Assembly: GCF_030362855.1 (NCBI RefSeq)
Contig: NZ_JAUCBP010000007.1
Span: forward strand, 308,675-372,674
DNA from: Alteromonas arenosi
Lineage (GTDB): Bacteria; Pseudomonadota; Gammaproteobacteria; Enterobacterales; Alteromonadaceae
Direction: 5' to 3'
Length of the DNA stretch: 64,000 nucleotides
The notes beneath the pieces were generated by a model. That model had not been told where the DNA came from, ran no database searches, and saw only the letters and a list, made by a program, of their open reading frames with translations. Of the stretch, positions 19,208-29,172 are shown piece by piece (the stretch's first letter is position 1; the number at the start of each line of letters is the position of its first letter). Position numbers and translations under genes: made by a program.

Positions 19208-19237
19208 AATCGCCCGGTTTTACCGGGCGATTTTATT
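19208..19237 (+). terminator. Rho-independent terminator after the TonB-dependent receptor gene.
   Basis: aatcgcccgg-tttta-ccgggcgatt followed by ttatt. Confidence 0.6.
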
Positions 19238-19289
19238 ACTGGTGCCAGAAATCTGGTGTAATGCCCCCAAATAACAAAGGAGAGTAGGC

Positions 19290-19592
19290 ATGGCCGAAAA
19301 ATACACGACTGAACAAATTGAATCAGCCTTGGACGAATTGAATGCTAAGTTAGCTGACGCTGAGCAATGGGCGATCGTAAATGACAAGCTCACTAAAGAA
19401 TTTAAGTTTAAAAGTTTTATACGTGCTTTTGGTTGGATGTCTCAAATAGCCATCTGGGCTGAGAAACTCAACCATCATCCAGAATGGTTTAACGTTTACA
19501 ACCGTGTCAAGGTTGAATTAACCACACACGATGTTGATGGTATTAGCGATTTAGACTTTAAATTAGCAACCAAAATGGAATTGTTTAAATAA
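19290..19592 (+). CDS. phhB: Pterin-4a-carbinolamine dehydratase (PCD/DCoH).
   Basis: 100 aa with the conserved NHHPEW motif and a typical PCD length. The usual partner phhA is absent. Confidence 0.85.
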   Translation: MAEKYTTEQIESALDELNAKLADAEQWAIVNDKLTKEFKFKSFIRAFGWMSQIAIWAEKLNHHPEWFNVYNRVKVELTTHDVDGISDLDFKLATKMELFK

Positions 19593-19713
19593 CGCCTACC
19601 ACAAACGGAAAATTTGTCTATTTTTTCTAACTTTTGGCGTTAGTTAGCTATAGTTAAGAAGTCTTATTCAGTGCGGAAGTGAGACTTTTATTAAAACGTT
19701 CCGATTAGCATTA

Positions 19714-22704
19714 TTGATCGTGGCTGTGGCAGTTTTGGAGCTGGCACAGTCAGCTAGCGCCTCCAGTCAGGTTGAGTCCCAACTGATCGTTCCCACCCAC
19801 ATGCGGCACTTTTCAGTTGCAGAGGGGCTATCACAAGTCACAGTGTCTGACATACTGCAAGATCGACTTGGGTTTATGTGGTTCTCTACGCAAAATGGAC
19901 TTAACCGTTTTGACGGTTATGAGTTTGTACAGTACAGAAAAGATAAAACACAGGACGGGTTGGGCCCGATAGGTGAATTTGCCTATAAACTCGCGTTGGA
20001 CAACATCACTCACGACATTTGGGTGGCTACCTCGGGAGGGTTGTCGCGCTACCTGTATGAGTCAGACTCTTTTCGTCATTACACGCTAATTGGTACCGAT
20101 GGTCAGCAACGTTTTATTATCTCGACAATTACTGTTGACCGTCTTGGCGATATATGGGCCGGAAGCCGCTATGGGATGTTCAAATACAATCGCCAAGGTG
20201 ACCAATTTCTGCCGGTATCCATTGATATTAATGAGACTACTCGTGTAATTGACATTGTGCGTCTCACTGAGGCCACTCTGCTCGTTGCAACAACCAATGG
20301 GTTATGGCGAATTGACCTTGAAAACGGGCAGAATAGCCGTTTGCTGATTGAAAATGATGAAATCACAGATATTGAATGGCTCGGTGATTCTCGACTTTGG
20401 GTTTCTACAATTGAATCGGGCATTTTTGAAGTTAGCCTTGCTCAACAAGTGATGATAAAGGCGTTACCACTTGATACCCCTCGTTTATCCAATAGCGGTT
20501 TTACAGCGATTAATCAGCTTAAAAACGGTGATGTGTGGTTAAGCTCTTACGCCGGGCTAGCTATTGTTAGACCTGACGATTTAGCGAGCGTGCGGGTGTT
20601 GTCGTTTGATAACGATGCTGTGAGTGTGTTGAGTTCTGCTCATATGACAAGAACGTTTGAAGCTGAGTCTGGCTTAGTATGGCAAGGCTCTTGGATCAGT
20701 GGAGTCTCCGTCTTTGACCCTAGCAGCGTCAATATTAAAGAGTTAAACGCCGAACCATTCACTACCGTACGCGGATTAACGCTGGACGATAGTGATGCCA
20801 TTTGGTTTGGTACGCCAAATGGAGTGTGGCAACGAGACGTCTCGGGAAATCTTCAAGGCCCATGGTTACTCAATGATGAATCCCAAAGTGATGGCCAGTC
20901 CAATAGTAAAGTGATTCGGGCTATCGCATTCGATCAAGCACGACAAAAATTCTGGGTTGGCACAACAGGAGGCCTTTACAGCTTGTTACAGCCTGTCAGC
21001 CATTTAAGTCAAGAACCCGTGCTCAATGATGAAACTATCTTTCATTTAACAATGGATAGTAATAATGATTTATGGGTGGGTACCTTCAACGACGGTTTGT
21101 ATTACCTCGATGGCGACACACTAGTTACGAAAAACCACTGGCCGCTGGCGACCGTCACCCACATAAACACCGACGATAATCAATATACCTATGCGGGTTC
21201 GATAGAGGGGTTGGTTCGAATTGACGCTATAACCGGTGAGATGATCAATTTACATACATTGTCGGACAACCCAAAGGAAAACAGCCCGCGTGTTGTTACA
21301 TGGGTGTCTAGCGCGTCTGACGGGCATTACTGGCTAGGAAGTCAAGGTGCAGGCGTGTATAAAATGCAGGTCACGGGGCAACGTTATATATATACACAGT
21401 TAGTGCCTACAGAGCACCTGGCGAACCTTTCTATTGGTGGTGTGCAAGAAGATCGAAAGGGCAATCTTTGGGCTAGTACAACCGAAGGTATTGCTAAGAT
21501 CAATCGTAATTATACTGATGTGAGTTATTACAATGAGAAAAATGGCGCAAAGTCAGAAGGTTATTATATAAATCACAGTGTAATGAAGTCAGATGGTGAG
21601 ATATTGTTCGGTGGCCCTAAAGGCATATCTAGCTTTTACCCAGAGCATGTCAAACGTTCAGGGTGGAATCCCAATATTATCCTGACCAACTTATCAGTAT
21701 TAAACAATACAGTGCGACCGTCGCCAGCTAGTGATCAGCAAAGTAAGCTTACCGCGCCTATTCACATTGCCAATCAAATCGAACTGGGACCACAGGATTT
21801 GGTATTTAGCGTGAGTTTTAGCGCACTGGCGTTTAGTTCACCTGAAAACAACCTGTACTCCTATCGGCTAGAAGGTTTTGATGCAGATTGGATATCCACA
21901 TCAGCCAATAACCGAACGGCTACCTATACCAATCTTGACCCGGGTAGATACCGGTTAGTTGTAAAGGGGACTAACAGTGATGGTATATGGAGTAACAAGC
22001 AAGCAACGCTATTAGTTATAGTACATCCGCCATGGTACTGGACTGCATGGGCACAGTTACTTTGGGCATTCTTAGCCATTGGTTTAACTGTTGCAATTTA
22101 TCATTGGCGAACGAGCGCATTGAAACAACGCTCAAGAAACTTACAGCAGCTGGTAGAGGCTAGAACACGAGAGTTAGAAGCATCAAACAAAAAACTGCAA
22201 AGACTCTCTACTATCGATGAACTAACAGGTTTGCGCAATCGACGCGATTTTAGACAGAGAGCCCAAGTAGAGCTTGAACGCCACAAACGCACTAGTATTC
22301 CATTCTCGATCCTGATGCTCGACATTGACTATTTTAAACAAATCAATGATCAGCAAGGCCACGCCTGTGGCGATAAAGTACTGAGAGAGTGCGCCACGAA
22401 GATGCAATCAATTATTCGGGAGAGTGACCTGCTGGCACGCTGGGGGGGGGAAGAGTTCATAATACTAGCGGTAGATACCGAGCTAGATGATGCGGTAATA
22501 CTGGCAGAAAAGATCCGCAAAGAAATCCATCGACATACTATTTATTACAATGATCAAATCATTACCGTGAGCTTTACCATTGGGGTTGCTCAAATCGCGC
22601 CTGGACAATCACTAGATGAGTGCATCAATACTGCTGATAAAAGAATGTATGCTGGAAAAGTCAGAGGAAAAAACCAAACCCATTCTAGTACAAATGCTTA
22701 TTAA
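19714..22704 (+). CDS. Sensor diguanylate cyclase: periplasmic two-component-regulator beta-propeller repeats plus a Y_Y_Y domain, one TM helix and a C-terminal GGDEF domain.
   Basis: 996 aa. The TM segment is WAQLLWAFLAIGLTVAIY. GGDEF domain motifs RNRRDF and RWGGEEFIILAV show an intact GGEEF. The start is TTG at 19714; there is no upstream in-frame ATG. Confidence 0.85.
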   Translation: MIVAVAVLELAQSASASSQVESQLIVPTHMRHFSVAEGLSQVTVSDILQDRLGFMWFSTQNGLNRFDGYEFVQYRKDKTQDGLGPIGEFAYKLALDNITHDIWVATSGGLSRYLYESDSFRHYTLIGTDGQQRFIISTITVDRLGDIWAGSRYGMFKYNRQGDQFLPVSIDINETTRVIDIVRLTEATLLVATTNGLWRIDLENGQNSRLLIENDEITDIEWLGDSRLWVSTIESGIFEVSLAQQVMIKALPLDTPRLSNSGFTAINQLKNGDVWLSSYAGLAIVRPDDLASVRVLSFDNDAVSVLSSAHMTRTFEAESGLVWQGSWISGVSVFDPSSVNIKELNAEPFTTVRGLTLDDSDAIWFGTPNGVWQRDVSGNLQGPWLLNDESQSDGQSNSKVIRAIAFDQARQKFWVGTTGGLYSLLQPVSHLSQEPVLNDETIFHLTMDSNNDLWVGTFNDGLYYLDGDTLVTKNHWPLATVTHINTDDNQYTYAGSIEGLVRIDAITGEMINLHTLSDNPKENSPRVVTWVSSASDGHYWLGSQGAGVYKMQVTGQRYIYTQLVPTEHLANLSIGGVQEDRKGNLWASTTEGIAKINRNYTDVSYYNEKNGAKSEGYYINHSVMKSDGEILFGGPKGISSFYPEHVKRSGWNPNIILTNLSVLNNTVRPSPASDQQSKLTAPIHIANQIELGPQDLVFSVSFSALAFSSPENNLYSYRLEGFDADWISTSANNRTATYTNLDPGRYRLVVKGTNSDGIWSNKQATLLVIVHPPWYWTAWAQLLWAFLAIGLTVAIYHWRTSALKQRSRNLQQLVEARTRELEASNKKLQRLSTIDELTGLRNRRDFRQRAQVELERHKRTSIPFSILMLDIDYFKQINDQQGHACGDKVLRECATKMQSIIRESDLLARWGGEEFIILAVDTELDDAVILAEKIRKEIHRHTIYYNDQIITVSFTIGVAQIAPGQSLDECINTADKRMYAGKVRGKNQTHSSTNAY

Positions 22705-22758
22705 TAAGTCGTAACTGGTTGAATAGTGTGCAAACAGTAAAATAATCGCGAACTGTGC

Positions 22759-22786
22759 TTGCGTCGACTTAAACCATATGTATAAT
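22759..22786 (+). promoter_or_regulatory. Candidate sigma70 promoter for the tRNA-fMet gene.
   Basis: TTGCGT, a 16 bp spacer, then TATAAT (22781–22786). It lies about 45 nt upstream of the tRNA 5' end. Confidence 0.4.
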
Positions 22787-22832
22787 ACGCTCCACTTAGC
22801 GAGGCAGCATAAGCCAGCTAAACCGGAACAAG

Positions 22833-22909
<77 letters not shown>

Positions 22910-22914
22910 AACAT

Positions 22915-22941
22915 AAAGCCCTGATTTATCAGGGCTTTTTT
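22915..22941 (+). terminator. Rho-independent terminator after the tRNA-fMet gene.
   Basis: aagccctga-ttta-tcagggctt followed by tttttg. Confidence 0.7.
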
Positions 22942-23273
22942 GTGTCTGAAATACATCAAAAATTCCCTAATTTTTTGCTTTTGGGCACGCGGTGCCCAAA
23001 ACGTGCCCATTTTGTGCCCTAGTAATTATCCAAGCGGCTCAAAAGTAATCTAAGTATTTAGTATCGAAGTACATCTCGCAGTGTAGCTAGCACATTGCGT
23101 TGAAGTAGTCCCCGAAACTCCCATAAAAACTTTATCCAAAAAAACAGTTCTGCAAATAACTCTTAACGTTAAACAAAAAATATCTAGGTCGAATAATTGA
23201 ATATCTTGATTTTCAGACCTACTTTTATAAATAAAAATGAATATATTTACAAAAATACACCACTGAAGTGAGA

Positions 23274-24605
23274 ATGAGTATGCTAAGTTTATTCCGCCGT
23301 TCTGCAAAAGGAGACGCAAATGAGATTAACATCAGCCCGTCTCAATTCAATGCACTTAATCATGCAGATGACATTGTGACCAGCCTCAAAAAATCACAGG
23401 CCTATATCGAATTCACCCCAAATGGAAAAATCATTGATGCTAATGATAATTTTCTTTCTGCTATGGGTTATCAGTTAGACCAAATAATGGGGCAACATCA
23501 CCGTATATTTTGTGAGAAAAAATACTCAGGCTCTAAGGAGTATACGGAGTTTTGGCACCGATTAGCCAACGGCGACTCATTTACTGGGCGTTTTAAGCGT
23601 ATAAAAGGCAATGGCGAACCTATATGGATAGAAGCCAGTTATAACCCGATTAGGGATAAAAGCGGTAACCTGGTCAGTATCGTCAAATTTGCTACAGATG
23701 TTACTCAACAAGAGTTAGAGAGTAGTCATTCACAACAGATATTTAGGGCCTTAGATAATTCCAGCGCAGTGATTGAATTTGAACTAGATGGAACTATTGT
23801 TCGAGCAAATCAAAACTTTCTTGACGCGACAGGCTATCAGTTAAACGAGATCGTAGGCAAACATCACCGTATGTTTTGTCCTGCGTCTATATCTTCAAGC
23901 GCAGAGTATAAAGAATTTTGGCGGCGTCTTGCACAAGGAGAGCATGTAACCGGTCTATTTGAACGTGTAAACGCAGCAGGTCAACCCCTGTTCTTAGAAG
24001 CCAGCTACAACCCGATAACAGATATAGATGGTAAAACTGAAAAAGTGATTAAATTCGCACAGGACGTAACTCAGCGTATCCAGCGCGAAAAGGATGCGAC
24101 CGAAGCGGTTTATACGACATCCGTCGAGACTGAGCAAATCTCTCTGCAAGCTGACCAAGCACTTGAGGAAATGATCAGTATCATGCGCGATATGTCTTTG
24201 GACGTAAATACAGCGACAAAAGATGTGATTGCATTAAATGCCGCGAGCGAAAAAATTAACTCAATTGTTGATACGATATTAAGTATTGCCGAGCAAACAA
24301 ACCTGCTTGCATTGAATGCTGCCATTGAGGCGGCCCGCGCAGGCGAGCAAGGACGTGGTTTCGCTGTCGTTGCTGATGAAGTTAGAAACCTAGCAAAACG
24401 CACAAGTGACTCAATCGCTGAAATAACGCATGTGGTGGATAACAATCGTGAACTGAGCAATAAAGTCGCACAAAGCATTGAAGGTACAGAGGACAAGGCC
24501 GCTAAAGCCGAAGAACTTATTGATCGAGTCAGTTCGGTGATTGGTGAAGTATCCAAAGCGGTCCAGCACGTGGTTGAATCGGTAGAGCGAAAGGCGGAGA
24601 TTTAA
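23274..24605 (+). CDS. Soluble methyl-accepting chemotaxis protein with two tandem PAS domains.
   Basis: No TM segment is present. There are two PAS repeats (…[21 protein letters not shown]… / …[21 protein letters not shown]…). The MCP signalling domain motif is [31 protein letters not shown]. The start is ATG 23274; the track ORF starts at GTG 23268. Confidence 0.85.
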   Translation: MSMLSLFRRSAKGDANEINISPSQFNALNHADDIVTSLKKSQAYIEFTPNGKIIDANDNFLSAMGYQLDQIMGQHHRIFCEKKYSGSKEYTEFWHRLANGDSFTGRFKRIKGNGEPIWIEASYNPIRDKSGNLVSIVKFATDVTQQELESSHSQQIFRALDNSSAVIEFELDGTIVRANQNFLDATGYQLNEIVGKHHRMFCPASISSSAEYKEFWRRLAQGEHVTGLFERVNAAGQPLFLEASYNPITDIDGKTEKVIKFAQDVTQRIQREKDATEAVYTTSVETEQISLQADQALEEMISIMRDMSLDVNTATKDVIALNAASEKINSIVDTILSIAEQTNLLALNAAIEAARAGEQGRGFAVVADEVRNLAKRTSDSIAEITHVVDNNRELSNKVAQSIEGTEDKAAKAEELIDRVSSVIGEVSKAVQHVVESVERKAEI

Positions 24606-25174
24606 ATAATTTGTTGATTTAGCTTAGGTAAACGTCGTTATAAAAACCATAGCATCTCGTTTTGATGTATTGCAGATGTAGGACTTTTTAATAGTGCAAA
24701 GCTGGGTGTGGTTTTCGCGGCGTATACCGAAGTCAAACTTTCCTGCCTCACTTTTTAAAACAAATGCAGTAAAAGAACTGCAAACATTCTTAAGCTTAAC
24801 TCAACGCATAGCTAACACCTAACCCCGAATCAACGGCTTCTAACTTGGTAAAGCAATCAAATATACCCCTGTCGCTTCCGCAGTTGATGGTTTTATAACC
24901 ATCAGAAATAACTCGTAAAAATGAATGTTATTGATCTCATAAATTATCGGTATATGTCATACGTATTAGCCGATAGTCAAAATGTGGTGTATTTCTATAC
25001 TGGTCAGACAAGTTGTGGCGCAATTTGGATGGATTTTACTCATAACAAGAAAAATAAAGATTCAAACGACAGTTACCACCGAACGAGTTTTTAGGTTTAT
25101 TCGGTACAAAGCACGTCGTGATTATTAACAGTCATGATGATGCGGCGAATGATAATAAAATGGGAGAATGACCT

Positions 25175-26383
25175 GTGAAGATTGTTGTTTTAAAAGAGAG
25201 CGACGCTGCAGACTTAACCGACAACCCTACAAGTGCAGAGCGAAGATGTAGTGCTACACCAGCCACAGTGGCTAAGTATTCAGCCCTCGGTGCTGAGGTT
25301 TTGGTCGAAGCAAATGCTGGGGTGCTCGCTGGTTTCAGCGATACAGAGTACAACGAAGCAGGCGCATTAATAGTAGACGATCGCAATAAGCTATTGTCTC
25401 AAGCCGATATTTTGCTATATGTAAACCGTCCAAGTCAGGCCGATATCAATATCATGCAACCATCAGCGATTGTAATAGGCCATTTAGATCCATTCTTTGA
25501 GCAAGAGACTATCGAACAGCTGGTCGCAAAGGGCACAACTGCGTTGAGTGTAGAGATGATCCCGCGCTCCACGCGCTCGCAGAAAATGGATGCACTAAGT
25601 TCGCAAAGTAACCTAGCAGGCTACGTAATGGTTATGAATGCCGCGGCTGAATTAGACAGCATCTTACCGATGATGATGACACCCGCAGGAACGGTGAACC
25701 CGGCCAAAGTATTTATTATTGGTGCGGGAGTCGCTGGTCTACAAGCGATTGCCACGGCTAAACGTTTGGGGGCTCAAGTTACTGCGTTTGACACACGCCC
25801 CGTTGTCGAAGAGCAAGTAAAATCCCTAGGTGCCAAATTTCTCAATATTGATTTAGGTGATACTGGTCAATCTCAACAAGGCTATGCCAATGCACTGAGT
25901 GCGGAGCAGCAGGCGAAGCAAAAAGCAGGGCAGCACGCCGCAATAGCGGCTGCTGATATTGTAATTACTACAGCACAATTATTTGGCCGAAAGCCGCCAC
26001 AAATCGTATCTGCTGAGGATATTCGCGCCATGAAGCCCGGTAGTGTTGTCGTAGATATGGCGGCTGAAAGTGGTGGCAATGTCGAGGGCAGTGTGGCCGG
26101 TGAAACACGGATTATCAACGGGGTCAAAATTGTGGGCACAGGAAATTGGGTTAACCAAGTACCAAAAGATGCAACGAATTTGTACGCCAATAACTTGTAC
26201 AACTTAATCGAAGATTATTGGGATAAGGAGAGTAATACACTCAACCTCGATTTTACTGACGATATTCTTGACGCAAGCGTGGTTTGCCATGCGCGTGTTT
26301 TACGCAACGAGTTACTGCGGAAACAGTTTTCGAAAACTGATGAAAGTGCAGCGAGTACTGCAACACAAACTGAGGTGGCCTAA
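25175..26383 (+). CDS. pntAA: NAD(P) transhydrogenase alpha subunit, part 1 (dI, NAD(H)-binding).
   Basis: 402 aa with an alanine-dehydrogenase-like fold and a GAGVAGLQAIATAKRLGA Rossmann motif. The start is GTG, preceded by GGGAGA. Confidence 0.9.
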   Translation: MKIVVLKESDAADLTDNPTSAERRCSATPATVAKYSALGAEVLVEANAGVLAGFSDTEYNEAGALIVDDRNKLLSQADILLYVNRPSQADINIMQPSAIVIGHLDPFFEQETIEQLVAKGTTALSVEMIPRSTRSQKMDALSSQSNLAGYVMVMNAAAELDSILPMMMTPAGTVNPAKVFIIGAGVAGLQAIATAKRLGAQVTAFDTRPVVEEQVKSLGAKFLNIDLGDTGQSQQGYANALSAEQQAKQKAGQHAAIAAADIVITTAQLFGRKPPQIVSAEDIRAMKPGSVVVDMAAESGGNVEGSVAGETRIINGVKIVGTGNWVNQVPKDATNLYANNLYNLIEDYWDKESNTLNLDFTDDILDASVVCHARVLRNELLRKQFSKTDESAASTATQTEVA

Positions 26384-26385
26384 CT

Positions 26386-26673
26386 ATGGATTCTATCAAC
26401 CTAATCTTTATTTTAATTTTGGCTGGCTTTCTCGGTTTTGAGCTGATTAAAAAAGTACCAGCAACGCTTCACACGCCTTTGATGTCAGGCGCTAATGCCA
26501 TTTCGGGGGTAACGTTAATCGGTGCGTTAGCGGCATCTGGAAGTGATCAAAATGTCTTGACGACAATACTCGGTACTCTCGCGATCGTTTTTGCCACGAT
26601 GAATGTCGTGGGGGGCTATATGGTGACTGATCGCATGTTAGCCATGTTCAAATCTAAGACTAACAACAAGTAA
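26386..26673 (+). CDS. pntAB: NAD(P) transhydrogenase alpha subunit, part 2 (membrane dII fragment).
   Basis: 95 aa with 3 TM helices. It lies between pntAA and pntB, giving the split-alpha arrangement. Confidence 0.85.
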   Translation: MDSINLIFILILAGFLGFELIKKVPATLHTPLMSGANAISGVTLIGALAASGSDQNVLTTILGTLAIVFATMNVVGGYMVTDRMLAMFKSKTNNK

Positions 26674-26682
26674 GGGGGCACT

Positions 26683-28053
26683 ATGTCATCTGCATTAATG
26701 GTTAATGCCTCATATTTAGTTGCGGCAACCTGTTTTATCTTCGGCTTAAAGTTACTCAGCCATCCTTCGAGTGCTCGAAAGGGGAATTTGGTTTCAGCTG
26801 TCGGTATGCTCATAGCAGTATTGGTAACGCTGATCGACAAGCAAATTTTAAGTTATGAATGGATTGCTGCAGGCGTGATTTTTGGCAGTATTCCAGGCGT
26901 TTGGTTAGCCAAACGCGTCGAAATGACTGCGATGCCAGAGTTGGTTTCGATCTTTAACGGTTTTGGCGGTTTAGCCAGTTTGTTGTTAGGTGTTTCGTCG
27001 TTAACTCACTCCACTGGAACCATTACGCCGGTATTGAGTGTTCTAGCATACCTAGCTGTAATCATCGGTGGTGTAACCTTCACTGGCAGTATCATTGCCT
27101 GGTTGAAGCTGGGAGAGCATATGCCAACCCGGGCGATTATTTTCCCACTTCAACGCTGGTTGTATGGCGTTATTATTCTTGCGGTTGTCGTGTTGGCGCT
27201 GTTCGCTGCAATGAATCCCGGTTACTTACCGTATTTCTACGTAGCGATAGGCCTCGCGCTGTTGTTTGGCATTTTAGCAACCTTACCTATCGGTGGAGCT
27301 GATATGCCAGTGGTTATTTCGCTGCTAAATAGTTACTCAGGCGTAGCTGCAACACTGGCAGGCTTGGCGGTGAATAATAATATCTTAATTGTTGCTGGTT
27401 TATTAGTAGGCGCGAGCGGCCTAATCCTCACGCAAATTATGTGTAAAGCGATGAATCGATCACTGATGAATATTCTATTATCGGGATTTGCTAAACCTGC
27501 AGCGCGCGCCGCTAAAATCGAAGGAGAAGTACGCTCGATGACTGCACAAGATGCATATTATGTTCTGGAGGCAGCGAAAAGCGTCGTTGTGATCCCTGGT
27601 TACGGTATGGCTGTGGCACAAGCTCAGCATGCAGTTAAAGAGCTTCAAGCATTATTGGAAGACAACGATGCGACGGTGGCGTATGCCATTCACCCCGTTG
27701 CCGGTCGTATGCCGGGGCACATGAATGTATTGTTGGCAGAAGCTGACATTCCCTATGAGCAGCTGTATGAAATGGATGCGATTAATCCACGTATGGATAG
27801 TTTTGATGTTGCGATTATTATTGGTGCAAACGACGTAGTTAATCCCGCTGCGAAAGATGTCCAAGATAGCCCAATCTATGGCATGCCGATTATAGAGGCA
27901 CATCGCGCACGCAATGTATTTGTGATGAAACGTTCCGCGTCTGCTGGCTTTGCCGGTGTCGATAATCCGTTATTTTTCAAAGAAAATACGCGACTGATAT
28001 ACGGTGATGCAAAAGATACGCTTAACAATATCATTCGAGAGTTCGGCGATTAG
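26683..28053 (+). CDS. pntB: NAD(P) transhydrogenase beta subunit.
   Basis: 456 aa with an N-terminal polytopic membrane domain and a C-terminal dIII NADP(H)-binding domain (…GYGMAVAQAQH…GANDVVNPAA…). Confidence 0.9.
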   Translation: MSSALMVNASYLVAATCFIFGLKLLSHPSSARKGNLVSAVGMLIAVLVTLIDKQILSYEWIAAGVIFGSIPGVWLAKRVEMTAMPELVSIFNGFGGLASLLLGVSSLTHSTGTITPVLSVLAYLAVIIGGVTFTGSIIAWLKLGEHMPTRAIIFPLQRWLYGVIILAVVVLALFAAMNPGYLPYFYVAIGLALLFGILATLPIGGADMPVVISLLNSYSGVAATLAGLAVNNNILIVAGLLVGASGLILTQIMCKAMNRSLMNILLSGFAKPAARAAKIEGEVRSMTAQDAYYVLEAAKSVVVIPGYGMAVAQAQHAVKELQALLEDNDATVAYAIHPVAGRMPGHMNVLLAEADIPYEQLYEMDAINPRMDSFDVAIIIGANDVVNPAAKDVQDSPIYGMPIIEAHRARNVFVMKRSASAGFAGVDNPLFFKENTRLIYGDAKDTLNNIIREFGD

Positions 28054-28081
28054 TATTCTGACGTCTTTCTTACACACCAGG

Positions 28082-28108
28082 AACCTCTGTTAGAACAGAG
28101 GTTTTTTT
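28082..28108 (+). terminator. Rho-independent terminator after pntB.
   Basis: acctctg-ttagaa-cagaggt followed by ttttttg. Confidence 0.7.
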
Positions 28109-28348
28109 GTTTGTTTTAGTTTTTTTCCGACGCATTAATCCAGTGACACCCACTGTAAGACATCGTTTTCAGATGTGAAAAGAATTTTCAAGTGCCAAAA
28201 CATACCGTTCACGGGAGTGCTTTAGGTTTATTTCAACCAAAATTCAAGATACTTCCAGCTTCTTTATGATACTTCCAAGATTTTTAATTGAGTAATGTGC
28301 GCCACAACGCGACTGTTACAAGGTCAATTGAACAGGAGAAGCAATGCA

Positions 28349-28645
28349 ATGAAGCCACTTCCAATGGCCAACCAGTTAGGTCGATTAGGATTTGTCGTTT
28401 GTGTAACTGCGTTCACGTTAGGTTGCGTGAGTACACATGAGCGAAACTCATCTAAATATGCCAGCGATGGCACTGCAAATAATGATGACGGTGTGATTTG
28501 TAGAATGGAAAAGCGCACCGGCTCAAATATGATGACTCGCGTTTGTCGCACGGCTGAAGAGCGAGCTGTTTTAGAACAAGCTGGGCGTGAAGGTTTTGAG
28601 CGTTTACAAAGAACTGGTATCACCAGTAACGCTGATGGTCAGTAA
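28349..28645 (+). CDS. Small lipoprotein of unknown function (98 aa).
   Basis: Lipobox AFTLGC within MKPLPMANQLGRLGFVVCVTAFTLGCVST. AGGAGA lies 9 nt upstream of the ATG at 28349. The track ORF starts 54 nt earlier without an RBS. Confidence 0.5.
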   Translation: MKPLPMANQLGRLGFVVCVTAFTLGCVSTHERNSSKYASDGTANNDDGVICRMEKRTGSNMMTRVCRTAEERAVLEQAGREGFERLQRTGITSNADGQ

Positions 28646-28648
28646 ATC

Positions 28649-29131
28649 TTGGGAATAGGTGGGAAAATGAATATGAAAAAAGCGTTAGTGGTCACCGCAG
28701 GTGCGGTGCTTTCTTACTCATTGGTTTTTGAAGTAATCGCTAATCAAAAGCTACGGTTAAAAACCGATGTCATCGCTACAGTGATTGAATCTAGTGGGGC
28801 TGATGATGGCGCTTGGCAGCGCGCGTTTCCAGAGACACTGACAATGACCCGAGGGATGGAGCGTGCAGGCGTTAAAGGTTGTGGTATTTTTAATCTGCAG
28901 GTTGATGCGCAAGGCAATGTACAAGATGTAGATACAGATATTGTCGTTCCCAGTTTTGGTATTCGACGCCACGCTAGAGACTACCTAGAGTCTTGGCAGT
29001 GGGAGCCTACGGGCCAAAGCGGCACGGTTAAAGTTCGTTTAGATTTCTGTATTGGTGGCGCTACCAATGATGAAGTTCGCGAAATTTGTGAATATCAAGC
29101 GACGCTACCTTGCAGCAATAAGCGTTCATAG
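28649..29131 (+). CDS. Secreted protein of unknown function, possibly TonB-C-terminal-domain-like.
   Basis: A signal peptide (MKKALVVTAGAVLSYSLV) is followed by a ~90 aa region (FPETLTM…GIFNLQVDAQGNVQDVDTDIVVPS…WQWEP) that loosely resembles a TonB_C fold. The exact start is uncertain; the candidate Met codons are at 28649, 28667 and 28673. Confidence 0.35.
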   Translation: MGIGGKMNMKKALVVTAGAVLSYSLVFEVIANQKLRLKTDVIATVIESSGADDGAWQRAFPETLTMTRGMERAGVKGCGIFNLQVDAQGNVQDVDTDIVVPSFGIRRHARDYLESWQWEPTGQSGTVKVRLDFCIGGATNDEVREICEYQATLPCSNKRS

Positions 29132-29172
29132 TACATGCAGCTATCGGTTGCTAGTTGTGGGCTAGCAGCCGA

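Noticed and set aside
22983-23019. The GTGCCC array read as a CRISPR or a sigma54 promoter.
   Set aside because: The units are 6 bp with 5 bp spacers, far too short for CRISPR. TGGGCAC differs from the TGGCAC -24 element and lacks a correctly spaced -12 TTGC.
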